Assembly: GCF_000022265.1 (NCBI RefSeq)
Contig: NC_011979.1
Location: 720,001-752,000, forward strand
Length of the DNA stretch: 32,000 nt
Reading direction: 5' to 3'
Source of the DNA: Geotalea daltonii FRC-32
GTDB taxonomy: Bacteria; Desulfobacterota; Desulfuromonadia; Geobacterales; Geobacteraceae
Below are positions 16,996 through 25,089 of the stretch, one piece after another. The translations under genes and the position numbers were made by a program. Position 1 is the first letter of the stretch, and every line of letters begins with the position of its first letter. The notes beneath the pieces are model-generated. The model saw only the letters and a list, made by a program, of their open reading frames with translations. It ran no database searches and was not told the origin of the DNA.

Positions 16996-17652
16996 CTAGC
17001 GCACCCCGACGCAAAGACAGATCAGGTAATGAGCCATTTTGCTGAAGCCGGTATGCACTACCTCATCATTCATGCTGAAGAGGAAGACATTCTTGAAGTA
17101 CTTTTCCAGGGTCGCTTTCAGATCGTTGCCGCTTTTGCAGTTAACGTGGGTGGCTCGGCTCGGCTTGGAGGCGTATTCCTGACTTTCCAGGCTGGGGATG
17201 CCGACGATGCAGACGCCATCAGCCGTGATCGAGGCGGCGACGTTTTTCAGGAATGCATCCTCGTCCTCCTTTTCCAGGTGTTCCAGTACGTCCAGCAGAT
17301 AGACCGCATCCCGCGCCGGCGAAACCGGCCCCTTGCGCAAGTCGTGGAGGGCGAAGGTTATACGCTCATTGGTTCGCATCTCCTCGCATTCTTTGATCAG
17401 TACCGGGTCCATGTCGACACAATGGATGGAGCCCACTTCCCGGGCTACGATGTTGGTGCCCCAGCCATCACCGCAACCCACCTCCAGCAGGTCTTTCTTA
17501 CCGGCAAGCATTTTGGCGATGAACTTGTAACGGGCCATGGAGAAAAGCAGCACCTTGGGGTCCATGCGCCAGCGATGACTGGACATCATGCCCAGGCGTA
17601 TCCGCTCCTCGTCCTTATATTCAATGTGTTCGCTGATATATTTGTCTTCCAT
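16996..17652 (-). CDS. Class I SAM-dependent methyltransferase
   Basis: DLLEVGCGDGWGTNIVA (motif I) ... VDMD ... AVYLLDVLEHLEKED. Confidence 0.8.
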   Translation of the reverse strand: MEDKYISEHIEYKDEERIRLGMMSSHRWRMDPKVLLFSMARYKFIAKMLAGKKDLLEVGCGDGWGTNIVAREVGSIHCVDMDPVLIKECEEMRTNERITFALHDLRKGPVSPARDAVYLLDVLEHLEKEDEDAFLKNVAASITADGVCIVGIPSLESQEYASKPSRATHVNCKSGNDLKATLEKYFKNVFLFSMNDEVVHTGFSKMAHYLICLCVGVR

Positions 17653-17661
17653 GCTCCGCTC

Positions 17662-18753
17662 CTAAATGAAGTTGATGTGCTGCGGCGGGTTTTTCAGTGT
17701 ATAGAGAAATTCGTTGATAGCGTTGGTCTTGCAGCTGGCGTAGCATTCCTCATGGACCTTGATCTCCGTCTCGATCCGCTTCATGGTCTGCCAGTAGGCG
17801 TCACTCTCGATGATGGCCTTGAATGACTGTCTGGTCAGGTCACCGAGGCAGAATTCCGGTTCCCGGTAGGAGAAGAACATGCCGCAAGGGTAGAGCTTGC
17901 CGTCGCCGCTGGAGTAGAGGAGAAAAGGGGCGCCGAGGCAGCGGTTATAGCTGCGCTTTCCTTTCCGGTTGATGTTGCCCCACTTTATCACCACTTTGAA
18001 GGTGTCGGTGGAATGTTCCTCTGCCTGCAGGAGGATGTCCCGGAACTGATCGTACTGGTCCAGTTTGTTGAAGATGCCCAAGTCATTTTGCACAGTGTCG
18101 CCGCAGTGTTTGATTTCCAGGTAATCTACCCCCAGTTCCTTTGCCAGTGAGGTAAGCGGCATAACCTCGTCAATGTCCTGCGGAGTGAGCACCATTTGAA
18201 AACCGATGGTAACGGCGGAGTTGAGCGCTTTTTTCCTTGCAATGCAGAAACGTATCTTTTCCACCAACAGGTCAAAGTCCGGGCTGTTGTGCAGACGCTG
18301 GTATGAGCCGGCTGATGCTGCGCTGATATTGAAGCGCAGCCAGGTCAGGTGTTCCAGCGCCTCCTCTCCTTGGCGGCTCGTATCGAATAAGACGCCGTTG
18401 GTTCCCAGGGCCATGTCGACCCCCGCCCGCTTTCCCGCAACGATTGCCTCATAAACATGGGGGTTGAGCAACGGCTCCGCCTCCCCGATCATGGCCATGG
18501 ATCTGACACCCATTTCACCTGCCTCGCTAACGTAGCGGAGTAGTGGCTCCCTGGGGAAAAAGACTTCCTTCCCTTGCTCATAACGGTTGCCCTGAACGAC
18601 GCCGAAGCAATAGTGGCACTTGATGTTGCATCCCTTGCTCAACCCAACGTCGATGTGCAGCGGTGGAATCCTCTTGCCGCTCATCCAGTCGTTCACTCTG
18701 TCCAGATGCCAATAAAGCTTGTGTCCATCCATGCGATAGGTGGTATCAGCCAT
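17662..18753 (-). CDS. Radical SAM protein, paralog A of a three-member set
   Basis: GCNIKCHYCFG contains the CxxxCxxC motif. It shares the N-terminal GHKLYWHLDRVN and the C-terminal NAINEFLY...HINFI with 24022-25089. Confidence 0.85.
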   Translation of the reverse strand: MADTTYRMDGHKLYWHLDRVNDWMSGKRIPPLHIDVGLSKGCNIKCHYCFGVVQGNRYEQGKEVFFPREPLLRYVSEAGEMGVRSMAMIGEAEPLLNPHVYEAIVAGKRAGVDMALGTNGVLFDTSRQGEEALEHLTWLRFNISAASAGSYQRLHNSPDFDLLVEKIRFCIARKKALNSAVTIGFQMVLTPQDIDEVMPLTSLAKELGVDYLEIKHCGDTVQNDLGIFNKLDQYDQFRDILLQAEEHSTDTFKVVIKWGNINRKGKRSYNRCLGAPFLLYSSGDGKLYPCGMFFSYREPEFCLGDLTRQSFKAIIESDAYWQTMKRIETEIKVHEECYASCKTNAINEFLYTLKNPPQHINFI

Positions 18754-19621
18754 GTATCCTTCCTTTTTCCGGCTGTAATTCGGTGCAATAGGCGCGCAGT
18801 GCCTCCCGCCAGGGACGGAGCGGCGGTACCTTCTCCGACCGCAGTGGGGTATGGCGGTTTTTCAGCCCCAGAGAGGGAAAAACCTCATGGGAAACCGGCT
18901 TCACCGCCGCTTTCAGCCCCATGATCCTATCCAGTTCCTGGATCAGCTCCCAGAGCGATGCCTCCCCCTCGTTGACCAGATGATAAAGGCCGAAAGGACG
19001 CTTTTCCTCAACCAGCCCCCTGATTGCCGTCGCCACGTCTTGGCTGTAGCTGGGTGAGGCGACAATGTCATTGGAGATGCGGAGCGGCTCCGTGCTCCGC
19101 TGCATCCGCTCCAGCATCTTTTCTACGAACTGGGGGCTGCCTGTGGTGATGCCGAATTGCACCGAGATGCGCGCGATGTAATAACGGTGGGCAATGGCGG
19201 TGATGAAGCAGTCAGCCCCGTACTTGGTGAAACCATATAGGTTAATGGGGCTGGCGGCGCTGGATTCGGCATAGGTTTCCCGGCCGGTGCCGCTGAAAAC
19301 CGCATCACTGCTGATGTGAACCAGCAGAAAACCCTGACTTGCCGAAAGCTCGGCCAGCAGCCGGGGAAAGAGGGTGTTAACAAGCAAGGCTTGGTGCGGA
19401 TCCTTTTCGCAGGCATCAACGCCGTTGAAGGCGGCGGCATTTATTACCAGCTCCGGTTTGATTTGCTGCAGCCGGCGTCTTACCTGGTCGTGATCACGTA
19501 CGTCACAAGTGGCCCGTGTAATGGGAACCAAAGTGTATCGCCCCTTTGCGAATGCGGTTGACAGGGCCGACCCCACCTTTCCGGAACTGCCGAAGATGGC
19601 TATGGTACGAATCTCGGTCAT
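18746..19621 (-). CDS. RmlD-like NAD(P)-dependent sugar reductase (dTDP-4-dehydrorhamnose reductase family, SDR)
   Basis: IAIFGSSGKVGSAL is a glycine-rich NAD(P) loop, YGFTKYGAD is YxxxK, and the length is about 290 aa. The exact substrate is unknown. Confidence 0.75.
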   Translation of the reverse strand: MTEIRTIAIFGSSGKVGSALSTAFAKGRYTLVPITRATCDVRDHDQVRRRLQQIKPELVINAAAFNGVDACEKDPHQALLVNTLFPRLLAELSASQGFLLVHISSDAVFSGTGRETYAESSAASPINLYGFTKYGADCFITAIAHRYYIARISVQFGITTGSPQFVEKMLERMQRSTEPLRISNDIVASPSYSQDVATAIRGLVEEKRPFGLYHLVNEGEASLWELIQELDRIMGLKAAVKPVSHEVFPSLGLKNRHTPLRSEKVPPLRPWREALRAYCTELQPEKGRIHG

Positions 19622-20691
19622 TAGACGAAATCCTGGTGGTTTTTGTCCACGTCCAGGTATTCCAGGACCATGCGGTTATTGCTGTCGACCACACAGTGGT
19701 GGTTGCAGTCACGGCTCGGGTCGATGCGGAAGAAGCGTGACTTGTCGCTGGACCAGAAGTCTCTAAAGCAGGTTTTGGCTATGGAACCGAGCAATCCCTG
19801 CTGAAGATTATAGGCCTTGTCGTGGCACGAATAGACGTTGAGGTCGGCGCCGATGACCGGCACGATCTGTAGATATGGGCACCAGTGGTATTCCTTGTTG
19901 AAGGTGCCCAGCTGGTAGTGGTAGGCGTCGTAAAGCTCGAAGTCGTCCTTGACCAGTTCCTGGCGGGCCCGCTGGGTCTGCTCCTTGACCGCATGGAACA
20001 GGGGCTGATGATATTTATGGTTGTCGTCGCAGTTGTTGCTGACGATGCAGGGTGAAACTTTGACGCTGTTTACCCCTGTTTCGCGGAGCAGCTTGATCAG
20101 GTCGTAAATATGGTGATAATTCCTGTTGTCGACGACGATGCAGACTCCCAGATAGCAGGGTCCGCCTATTTTTTTGAAGGCCTCGATGTTGGCGATGATC
20201 CTGGTGAACTCCCCGTCGGCGCAGCCCCGGTATTCCCGGTAGCTGGCATCATCCCAGCCATCCATGGAGACACGCAGCCAGGTGGCATGACGGGCAAAAA
20301 CCTCTGCGACTTCCCCGGTGAGTCGCGAACCATTGGTCAGGGCGGCAAACTTGATCGGGCTTTCTGCCAGTTTGCGGGCAGCCTCCAGAAGGTGCGAATA
20401 GCAGAACGGATCGCCGCCGCCGCTGAAGGTGACCGCTTTAACCCCCATTGCTATCAGGTCGTCGATTATTTCCAGCATTTTCTCCCTGGGGATGGAATCC
20501 TGTAGGTTCATATCCTGGCCCAACTGGAGGTTTTCAGCGCGGTAGGCGCAGTACCAGCAGTTGTGGTTGCAGGCATTGGTCGGCTTGATGCGCACGTTCA
20601 CAGGGGGGAGGATATTTTCCGAGGAGGCGGGCAACGAGGCGAGCTTCTCCGGGAAGTGAAAGATTTTCATTCTGGTATAAAGTAAGCCCAT
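19621..20691 (-). CDS. Radical SAM protein, paralog B
   Basis: PTNACNHNCWYCAY contains the CxxxCxxC motif. Length and layout match paralogs A and C, and the C terminus is ...VLEYLDVDKNHQDFV. Its stop shares one nucleotide with the next start (TAATG at 19623-19619). Confidence 0.8.
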   Translation of the reverse strand: MGLLYTRMKIFHFPEKLASLPASSENILPPVNVRIKPTNACNHNCWYCAYRAENLQLGQDMNLQDSIPREKMLEIIDDLIAMGVKAVTFSGGGDPFCYSHLLEAARKLAESPIKFAALTNGSRLTGEVAEVFARHATWLRVSMDGWDDASYREYRGCADGEFTRIIANIEAFKKIGGPCYLGVCIVVDNRNYHHIYDLIKLLRETGVNSVKVSPCIVSNNCDDNHKYHQPLFHAVKEQTQRARQELVKDDFELYDAYHYQLGTFNKEYHWCPYLQIVPVIGADLNVYSCHDKAYNLQQGLLGSIAKTCFRDFWSSDKSRFFRIDPSRDCNHHCVVDSNNRMVLEYLDVDKNHQDFV

Positions 20692-20700
20692 TTACGCACC

Positions 20701-21363
20701 TTATTCGAAAAATACGAACTCGTAATCGCCGCTGTAGCCGAATTCGTTAAAGAGCCAGACCCATTCCCCCGGGGTGAAGAAGGCGGCGCAGGTCAAGGCC
20801 CAGCACTGCAGGTTGAAGAGCTCTTCTTCCGTGCGGTATCCCTCCACCACCATGTATTTGCTTTTGGCGACCCGTTCCATTTCGCCCAGTGCCTTCTTCA
20901 GGTCGGGCAGGTGCAGGTTGTGCAGCGTGGTAAGGGAGATGGCCAGGTCGAACTCCTTGTCGTCGAAGGGTAGGGGGTCCTGGGCGCGGTGGAGGAACAG
21001 GCTGGTACGGATTTCTTCCTTGGCATTGGCGATGGCATATGCGGAAATGTCGAGACCGGCGATACGTGCCTTCGGCAGCAGCTGTCGCAGTTCATAGAGC
21101 AGGAAACCTTTGCCGCAGCCGATGTCCAGAATGGAGGCGTCGGCGGCCAGGTGGTAATCGCGGACAAGTTTTTCCGCCACAGGCTTCCAGCGGCCGTCGT
21201 ATTTGAACCCGCCATAGCCGTAACGCCGCTCTCCATCCCAGAAATCGGCGCCGAATTTTCGTGCCACCTTCATGCACGCCACCTTGTCGTCGCACATGCG
21301 GGACAGGTAGTCCCTTTTGGTGCTGGTGTGGAGCGGCGTGAAATAATCTCTCAAGATTCCCAT
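20701..21363 (-). CDS. Class I SAM-dependent methyltransferase
   Basis: ASILDIGCGKGFLLYEL (motif I), AGLDIS, FDLAISLTTLHNL. Confidence 0.8.
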   Translation of the reverse strand: MGILRDYFTPLHTSTKRDYLSRMCDDKVACMKVARKFGADFWDGERRYGYGGFKYDGRWKPVAEKLVRDYHLAADASILDIGCGKGFLLYELRQLLPKARIAGLDISAYAIANAKEEIRTSLFLHRAQDPLPFDDKEFDLAISLTTLHNLHLPDLKKALGEMERVAKSKYMVVEGYRTEEELFNLQCWALTCAAFFTPGEWVWLFNEFGYSGDYEFVFFE

Positions 21364-21371
21364 ATCTCTCC

Positions 21372-22283
21372 TCAGAGCAATTGCTTCACTTTTGCGGCGA
21401 TGGAGACGGCGTCAATGCCGAAAAGCCTGCGCATGCCGGCAGTGTCGTGGATCTCGTGGATAAAGCGGGAAGGCACGCCCAGGGTGGTCAGGGAGCAGGT
21501 CAGGCCGCTCTCCCTGAGAAATTCACCCATGGCGGCCCCGAAACCGCAGGAGCGGTAATGTTCTTCGACGGTGAGCACCGCCCCGATTCCCTGCAGTGCC
21601 TCGGCGAGGGCCTGACGGTTCAAGGGCTGCACCATGGGCACGGAGAGGACACGGGGGCGGATGCCGGCGTCGTGGAGGATCTGCACGGCCCTCATGGCCT
21701 CTTCGCCGATGGAGCCGTGGCAGAGGAGGGCGACGGCCTCTCCTTCGGCCAGCACCTGAGGCTTGGTGATGTCCAGATCCTGCTGCCGGTGAATATCAGG
21801 CTCACCACGCTTGGCAAGGCGCACATAGACGGGTGCCCGGGCCGACAGGGCATATTTCGCGGCAAGCCGGGCCTCCACCGGGTCGATGGGGGAAAAAACC
21901 TCCAGGTTGGGCATGGTGCGGGCCAGGGCCAGATCCTCGATGGAATAGTGGGTCATGCCCTGGGGGGCGTAGGTGACCCCGCTGCCGATGCCTGCCAGAA
22001 TCACCGGCAGGTCCTGGTAACAGATGTCGTTGCGCACCTGCTCGTAGCAGCGGTAGAGGACGAAGGGGATGATGTTGTAGAGCACCACTTTATAGCCGGT
22101 TATGGCGAGCCCGGCGGCGAAGCCGATCATGTTCTGCTCTGCTGCCCCCAGGTTTAGGAAGCGGTCGGGGTGCCGGTCCTTGAATGTATCGAAAACACCC
22201 AGCCCGGCGTCGCCGCTGATGATGAAGATGTCGTCTCGTCCGGCACAAGCGTCCAGGATGGTGTTGATGAAGGCGTTTCTCAT
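21372..22283 (-). CDS. Transketolase-family protein, C-terminal (pyrimidine-binding plus C-terminal) subunit
   Basis: FLNLGAAEQNMIGFAAGLAITGYKV ... ILAGIGSGVTYAPQGMTHYSIEDLALARTMPNLEVFSPIDPVE. An ATGA overlap links it to the N-terminal subunit gene. Confidence 0.85.
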   Translation of the reverse strand: MRNAFINTILDACAGRDDIFIISGDAGLGVFDTFKDRHPDRFLNLGAAEQNMIGFAAGLAITGYKVVLYNIIPFVLYRCYEQVRNDICYQDLPVILAGIGSGVTYAPQGMTHYSIEDLALARTMPNLEVFSPIDPVEARLAAKYALSARAPVYVRLAKRGEPDIHRQQDLDITKPQVLAEGEAVALLCHGSIGEEAMRAVQILHDAGIRPRVLSVPMVQPLNRQALAEALQGIGAVLTVEEHYRSCGFGAAMGEFLRESGLTCSLTTLGVPSRFIHEIHDTAGMRRLFGIDAVSIAAKVKQLL

Positions 22284-23062
22284 GCCAGTTCCTTTAATGC
22301 TGCGGCTTTGTGCTCGTCGGTAACCACGTAGTAGTGCCAGATGAGCTGGTCCTCCATGAAGGAAACCCCCTTGCCCTTCGTCGTCCGGGCGATGACCACC
22401 TTCGGCTTGCCGTGGGCGTCCTCATCGAGGGCCGACGTGAGTTCCCGGTGGTCGTGGCCGTCCACTTCCAGCGCATGCCAGCCGAACGCCTCCCATTTTT
22501 CCTTCATTGGCTCGAAGGCGCAGATTTCCGTGGGGCGGCCATACCCCTGAAGGTTGTTATGGTCGATGATGGCGGTAAAGTTGCCGAGGCCAAGCTTCGG
22601 CGCGAAGAGCGCCCCTTCCCAGATGGAGCCTTCCTGGGTTTCGCCGTCGCCGATCAGGGCATAGACCTTGCGCCCGTTGCCCTGCTTATTGAAGCCGTAG
22701 GCAATTCCCATCCCCATGTTGAACCCGTGCCCCAGGGAACCTGCCGAGACTTCGATCCCCTTCTCGGGGGAGCGGTCCAGGTGGGCCGGCAGGGTGCCGT
22801 TATCTCGGTAGTAACCTTCAATATCCTGATCGCTGAGGATGCCGAAGGTATGGAGAGCAGAATAAAGGGCCATGGCAGCGTGTCCCTTGCTGAGGATGAA
22901 GATGTCCCGCTCGGGCCACGGGTCGAGACGCAAGGTCCGGCAATAGAGGGTGGCCAGGATGTCCGCACAGGAGAGACAGGAACCCACATGGGGGCTCTTG
23001 GATCGGTTGGCCATTTCGATGATGGTCCGTCTAATTTGCGATGCGGTAGCAGGTGTTTTCAT
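22280..23062 (-). CDS. Transketolase-family protein, N-terminal (thiamine-diphosphate-binding) subunit
   Basis: SPHVGSCLSCADILATLY ... ILSKGHAAMALYS ... GSLGHGFNMGMGIA ... VYALIGDGETQEGSIWEGA is the TPP motif GDG-x(25-30)-N. The start overlaps the end of the GT9 gene by 32 nt. Confidence 0.85.
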   Translation of the reverse strand: MKTPATASQIRRTIIEMANRSKSPHVGSCLSCADILATLYCRTLRLDPWPERDIFILSKGHAAMALYSALHTFGILSDQDIEGYYRDNGTLPAHLDRSPEKGIEVSAGSLGHGFNMGMGIAYGFNKQGNGRKVYALIGDGETQEGSIWEGALFAPKLGLGNFTAIIDHNNLQGYGRPTEICAFEPMKEKWEAFGWHALEVDGHDHRELTSALDEDAHGKPKVVIARTTKGKGVSFMEDQLIWHYYVVTDEHKAAALKELA

Positions 23063-24011
23063 GGGCTAAGGGGGCTCCTAATATTTCGGCGGCAGCTGCC
23101 GCTATATTTCTGGTCTGGAAATGGGCCATGCACTCTTTGCCGCTTCGGCATCGAACGTCGAAGCAGGGCATGGCGGAACACCGACAGGATGAGCGGAGCA
23201 GCTTACCTCCCGTGTAGAAATAGACCTCGCTGGGATCGGTGGGGCCGAAAAGGCCGATGACCTTCTTGTGGAAGCCGAAGGCCAGGTGCATCCCCAGGCT
23301 GTCGTTGGAGATGATCAGCCGGCAGGAATTGATCCAGTTCATGTATTCGAAGAGGTTCTTGCGTCCCTCCTGCCAGGAGACGGTGTATCCATGGCGGACC
23401 AGGAGCTTTTCCAGTTGCTGCCATTTTGCCATGGGCATGCCCTTGACAGGCCACTTTGCCCCCACCTCGAAGTTGAGGCCCACATCGAAGGTTTCCTCCG
23501 TGTTCGGAACATAACCGATGACGTACTCCTGTCCTTTCCATTGGACGCCAAGCATTTCGATCAGCACTTGCTGCCAGAATCTCTTGTCATTTCCCGAATG
23601 CTTGCCCTCGATGTAGCTGATGAAGTCGAGCCCCTTTTCATAGGCATGGTAGCTGCCGCTGATGGTCTCGAAACGGAAGCCGTACTTGACCCAGGCGTCG
23701 ATCATGTCGGTAAGGGCGCAGACGCCGGGTATTTTTTCCAGGTTGATCAGCACGTCGAACTTTTCCTTCATCAACTGGAAGGGAACGAAATTGTCCCAGA
23801 TGAGGAGCCGGTCGATGTAGGGATTGCGGTAGAGAAGCGGTTCGGCGTGTTCCGAGACGAGCCAGGTAATCTGGGAATCCGGGTATCTCTCTTTCAGTGC
23901 CGAGAGGATCGGTGTGGTCCGCAGGACGTCCCCCAGGCTTGGGACCTTGCCGATCTCCGGGTCCAGGGTTTCCGAATAGCCGAGCTTGATGACGAGTATC
24001 TTAGTGCACAT
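23031..24011 (-). CDS. Glycosyltransferase family 9 (heptosyltransferase-like)
   Basis: ILVIKLGYSETLDPEIGKVPSLGDVLRTTPILSALKERYPDSQITWLV ... LIISNDSLGMHLAFGFHKKVIGLFGPTDP is the GT9 signature. It carries an unusual Cys-rich C-terminal tail, SSCRCSAMPCFDVRCRSGKEC. Confidence 0.8.
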   Translation of the reverse strand: MCTKILVIKLGYSETLDPEIGKVPSLGDVLRTTPILSALKERYPDSQITWLVSEHAEPLLYRNPYIDRLLIWDNFVPFQLMKEKFDVLINLEKIPGVCALTDMIDAWVKYGFRFETISGSYHAYEKGLDFISYIEGKHSGNDKRFWQQVLIEMLGVQWKGQEYVIGYVPNTEETFDVGLNFEVGAKWPVKGMPMAKWQQLEKLLVRHGYTVSWQEGRKNLFEYMNWINSCRLIISNDSLGMHLAFGFHKKVIGLFGPTDPSEVYFYTGGKLLRSSCRCSAMPCFDVRCRSGKECMAHFQTRNIAAAAAEILGAPLAHENTCYRIAN

Positions 24012-24021
24012 GGCGCCTCTG

Positions 24022-25089
24022 TCAGATGAAGTTCACATGCTCTACGGACGGGTACCTGATGTCGTAGAGGAAGTCGTTGATTGCATTGGGACGGCAGTTG
24101 GGGGGGCAGGTAGCCACATCCAGCCGCTGCTCCAGGTGCTCCTTTATCCGTTGCCGTTTTTTCCCCTGCCAGATCTCCCGGAATGGCCGCTCGTAGATGG
24201 AGCCGAAGACGTATTCCTTACGGTCCCAGTAGGGGAGGCAGGAAGCGATTTCGCCGGCCGAATTGACGACTGAGATGAATGAGGTGCCGAAACAACGGCG
24301 ATAGCGGCGCTGACCATATCCGGAGAAACTATCTCTCCTGGCGATGACACGGAAATTATCCGTTGACAGGGCTTCCGCCGCTGTCAGACTGTCTTCCAAA
24401 AGAGCAGCCTCAATCTGCTGCTGCATCTGGTATCCCTGTCGGCTGCTCTGCTGGACAAAGGGCTTGATGGCCAGGTAATCGGCTCCGGCATCCTTGATGA
24501 TCGCGGCTGCTTCCTTGAGAGAGGCCAGGTTTTCCGGGAGGAGGACGAATTGGGCGCCGATAGTGGTGGCGAGAGAATTCGATTTTTTGATTGCCGCCGC
24601 ATGCTTTAAAGCCTCGACCACGGTGGCAAAAACCTCGGGTTTTACCTGGTGGATGCGGGCATAGGTCTCAGGGGTCCCGCCGTTGAAGCTGAACCTGACA
24701 AAGGTGAGATGGGGAAGGATTTCCTCCGCCAGTTGCGGTGTCAGCAGTTGTCCATTGGTGAAGAGTCCCACGTCTATGCCGTTGCTCCTGGCGCGCCGGA
24801 TCATGGCGCCACAGTCGGGATGGAGGAGCGGCTCACCTTCCCCGGCGAAGAGCAGACTTTTGAGACCTGCTTCGGCAAGTTCGTCGATGAAGGTCAAGGT
24901 CCGACCGGTTTCAAGCCTGCGGTTGGGGTAGCCGATGAAGTCATAGGCGCAGAAGATGCAGCGGTGGTTGCAACTGCCCACCGGGCTGATCTCCATATAG
25001 ATGGGAAAACAGTCTCCGGTGGTCAGGTACTGGTTGACCCGGTCCAGGTGATAGGCCAGTTTATGTCCCTCGAAGTTATAGTTCCTCAT
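24022..25089 (-). CDS. Radical SAM protein, paralog C
   Basis: VGSCNHRCIFCAY contains the CxxxCxxC motif. The N-terminal GHKLAYHLDRVN and the C-terminal NAINDFLY...HVNFI match paralog A. An ATGA overlap links it to the upstream gene. Confidence 0.85.
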   Translation of the reverse strand: MRNYNFEGHKLAYHLDRVNQYLTTGDCFPIYMEISPVGSCNHRCIFCAYDFIGYPNRRLETGRTLTFIDELAEAGLKSLLFAGEGEPLLHPDCGAMIRRARSNGIDVGLFTNGQLLTPQLAEEILPHLTFVRFSFNGGTPETYARIHQVKPEVFATVVEALKHAAAIKKSNSLATTIGAQFVLLPENLASLKEAAAIIKDAGADYLAIKPFVQQSSRQGYQMQQQIEAALLEDSLTAAEALSTDNFRVIARRDSFSGYGQRRYRRCFGTSFISVVNSAGEIASCLPYWDRKEYVFGSIYERPFREIWQGKKRQRIKEHLEQRLDVATCPPNCRPNAINDFLYDIRYPSVEHVNFI

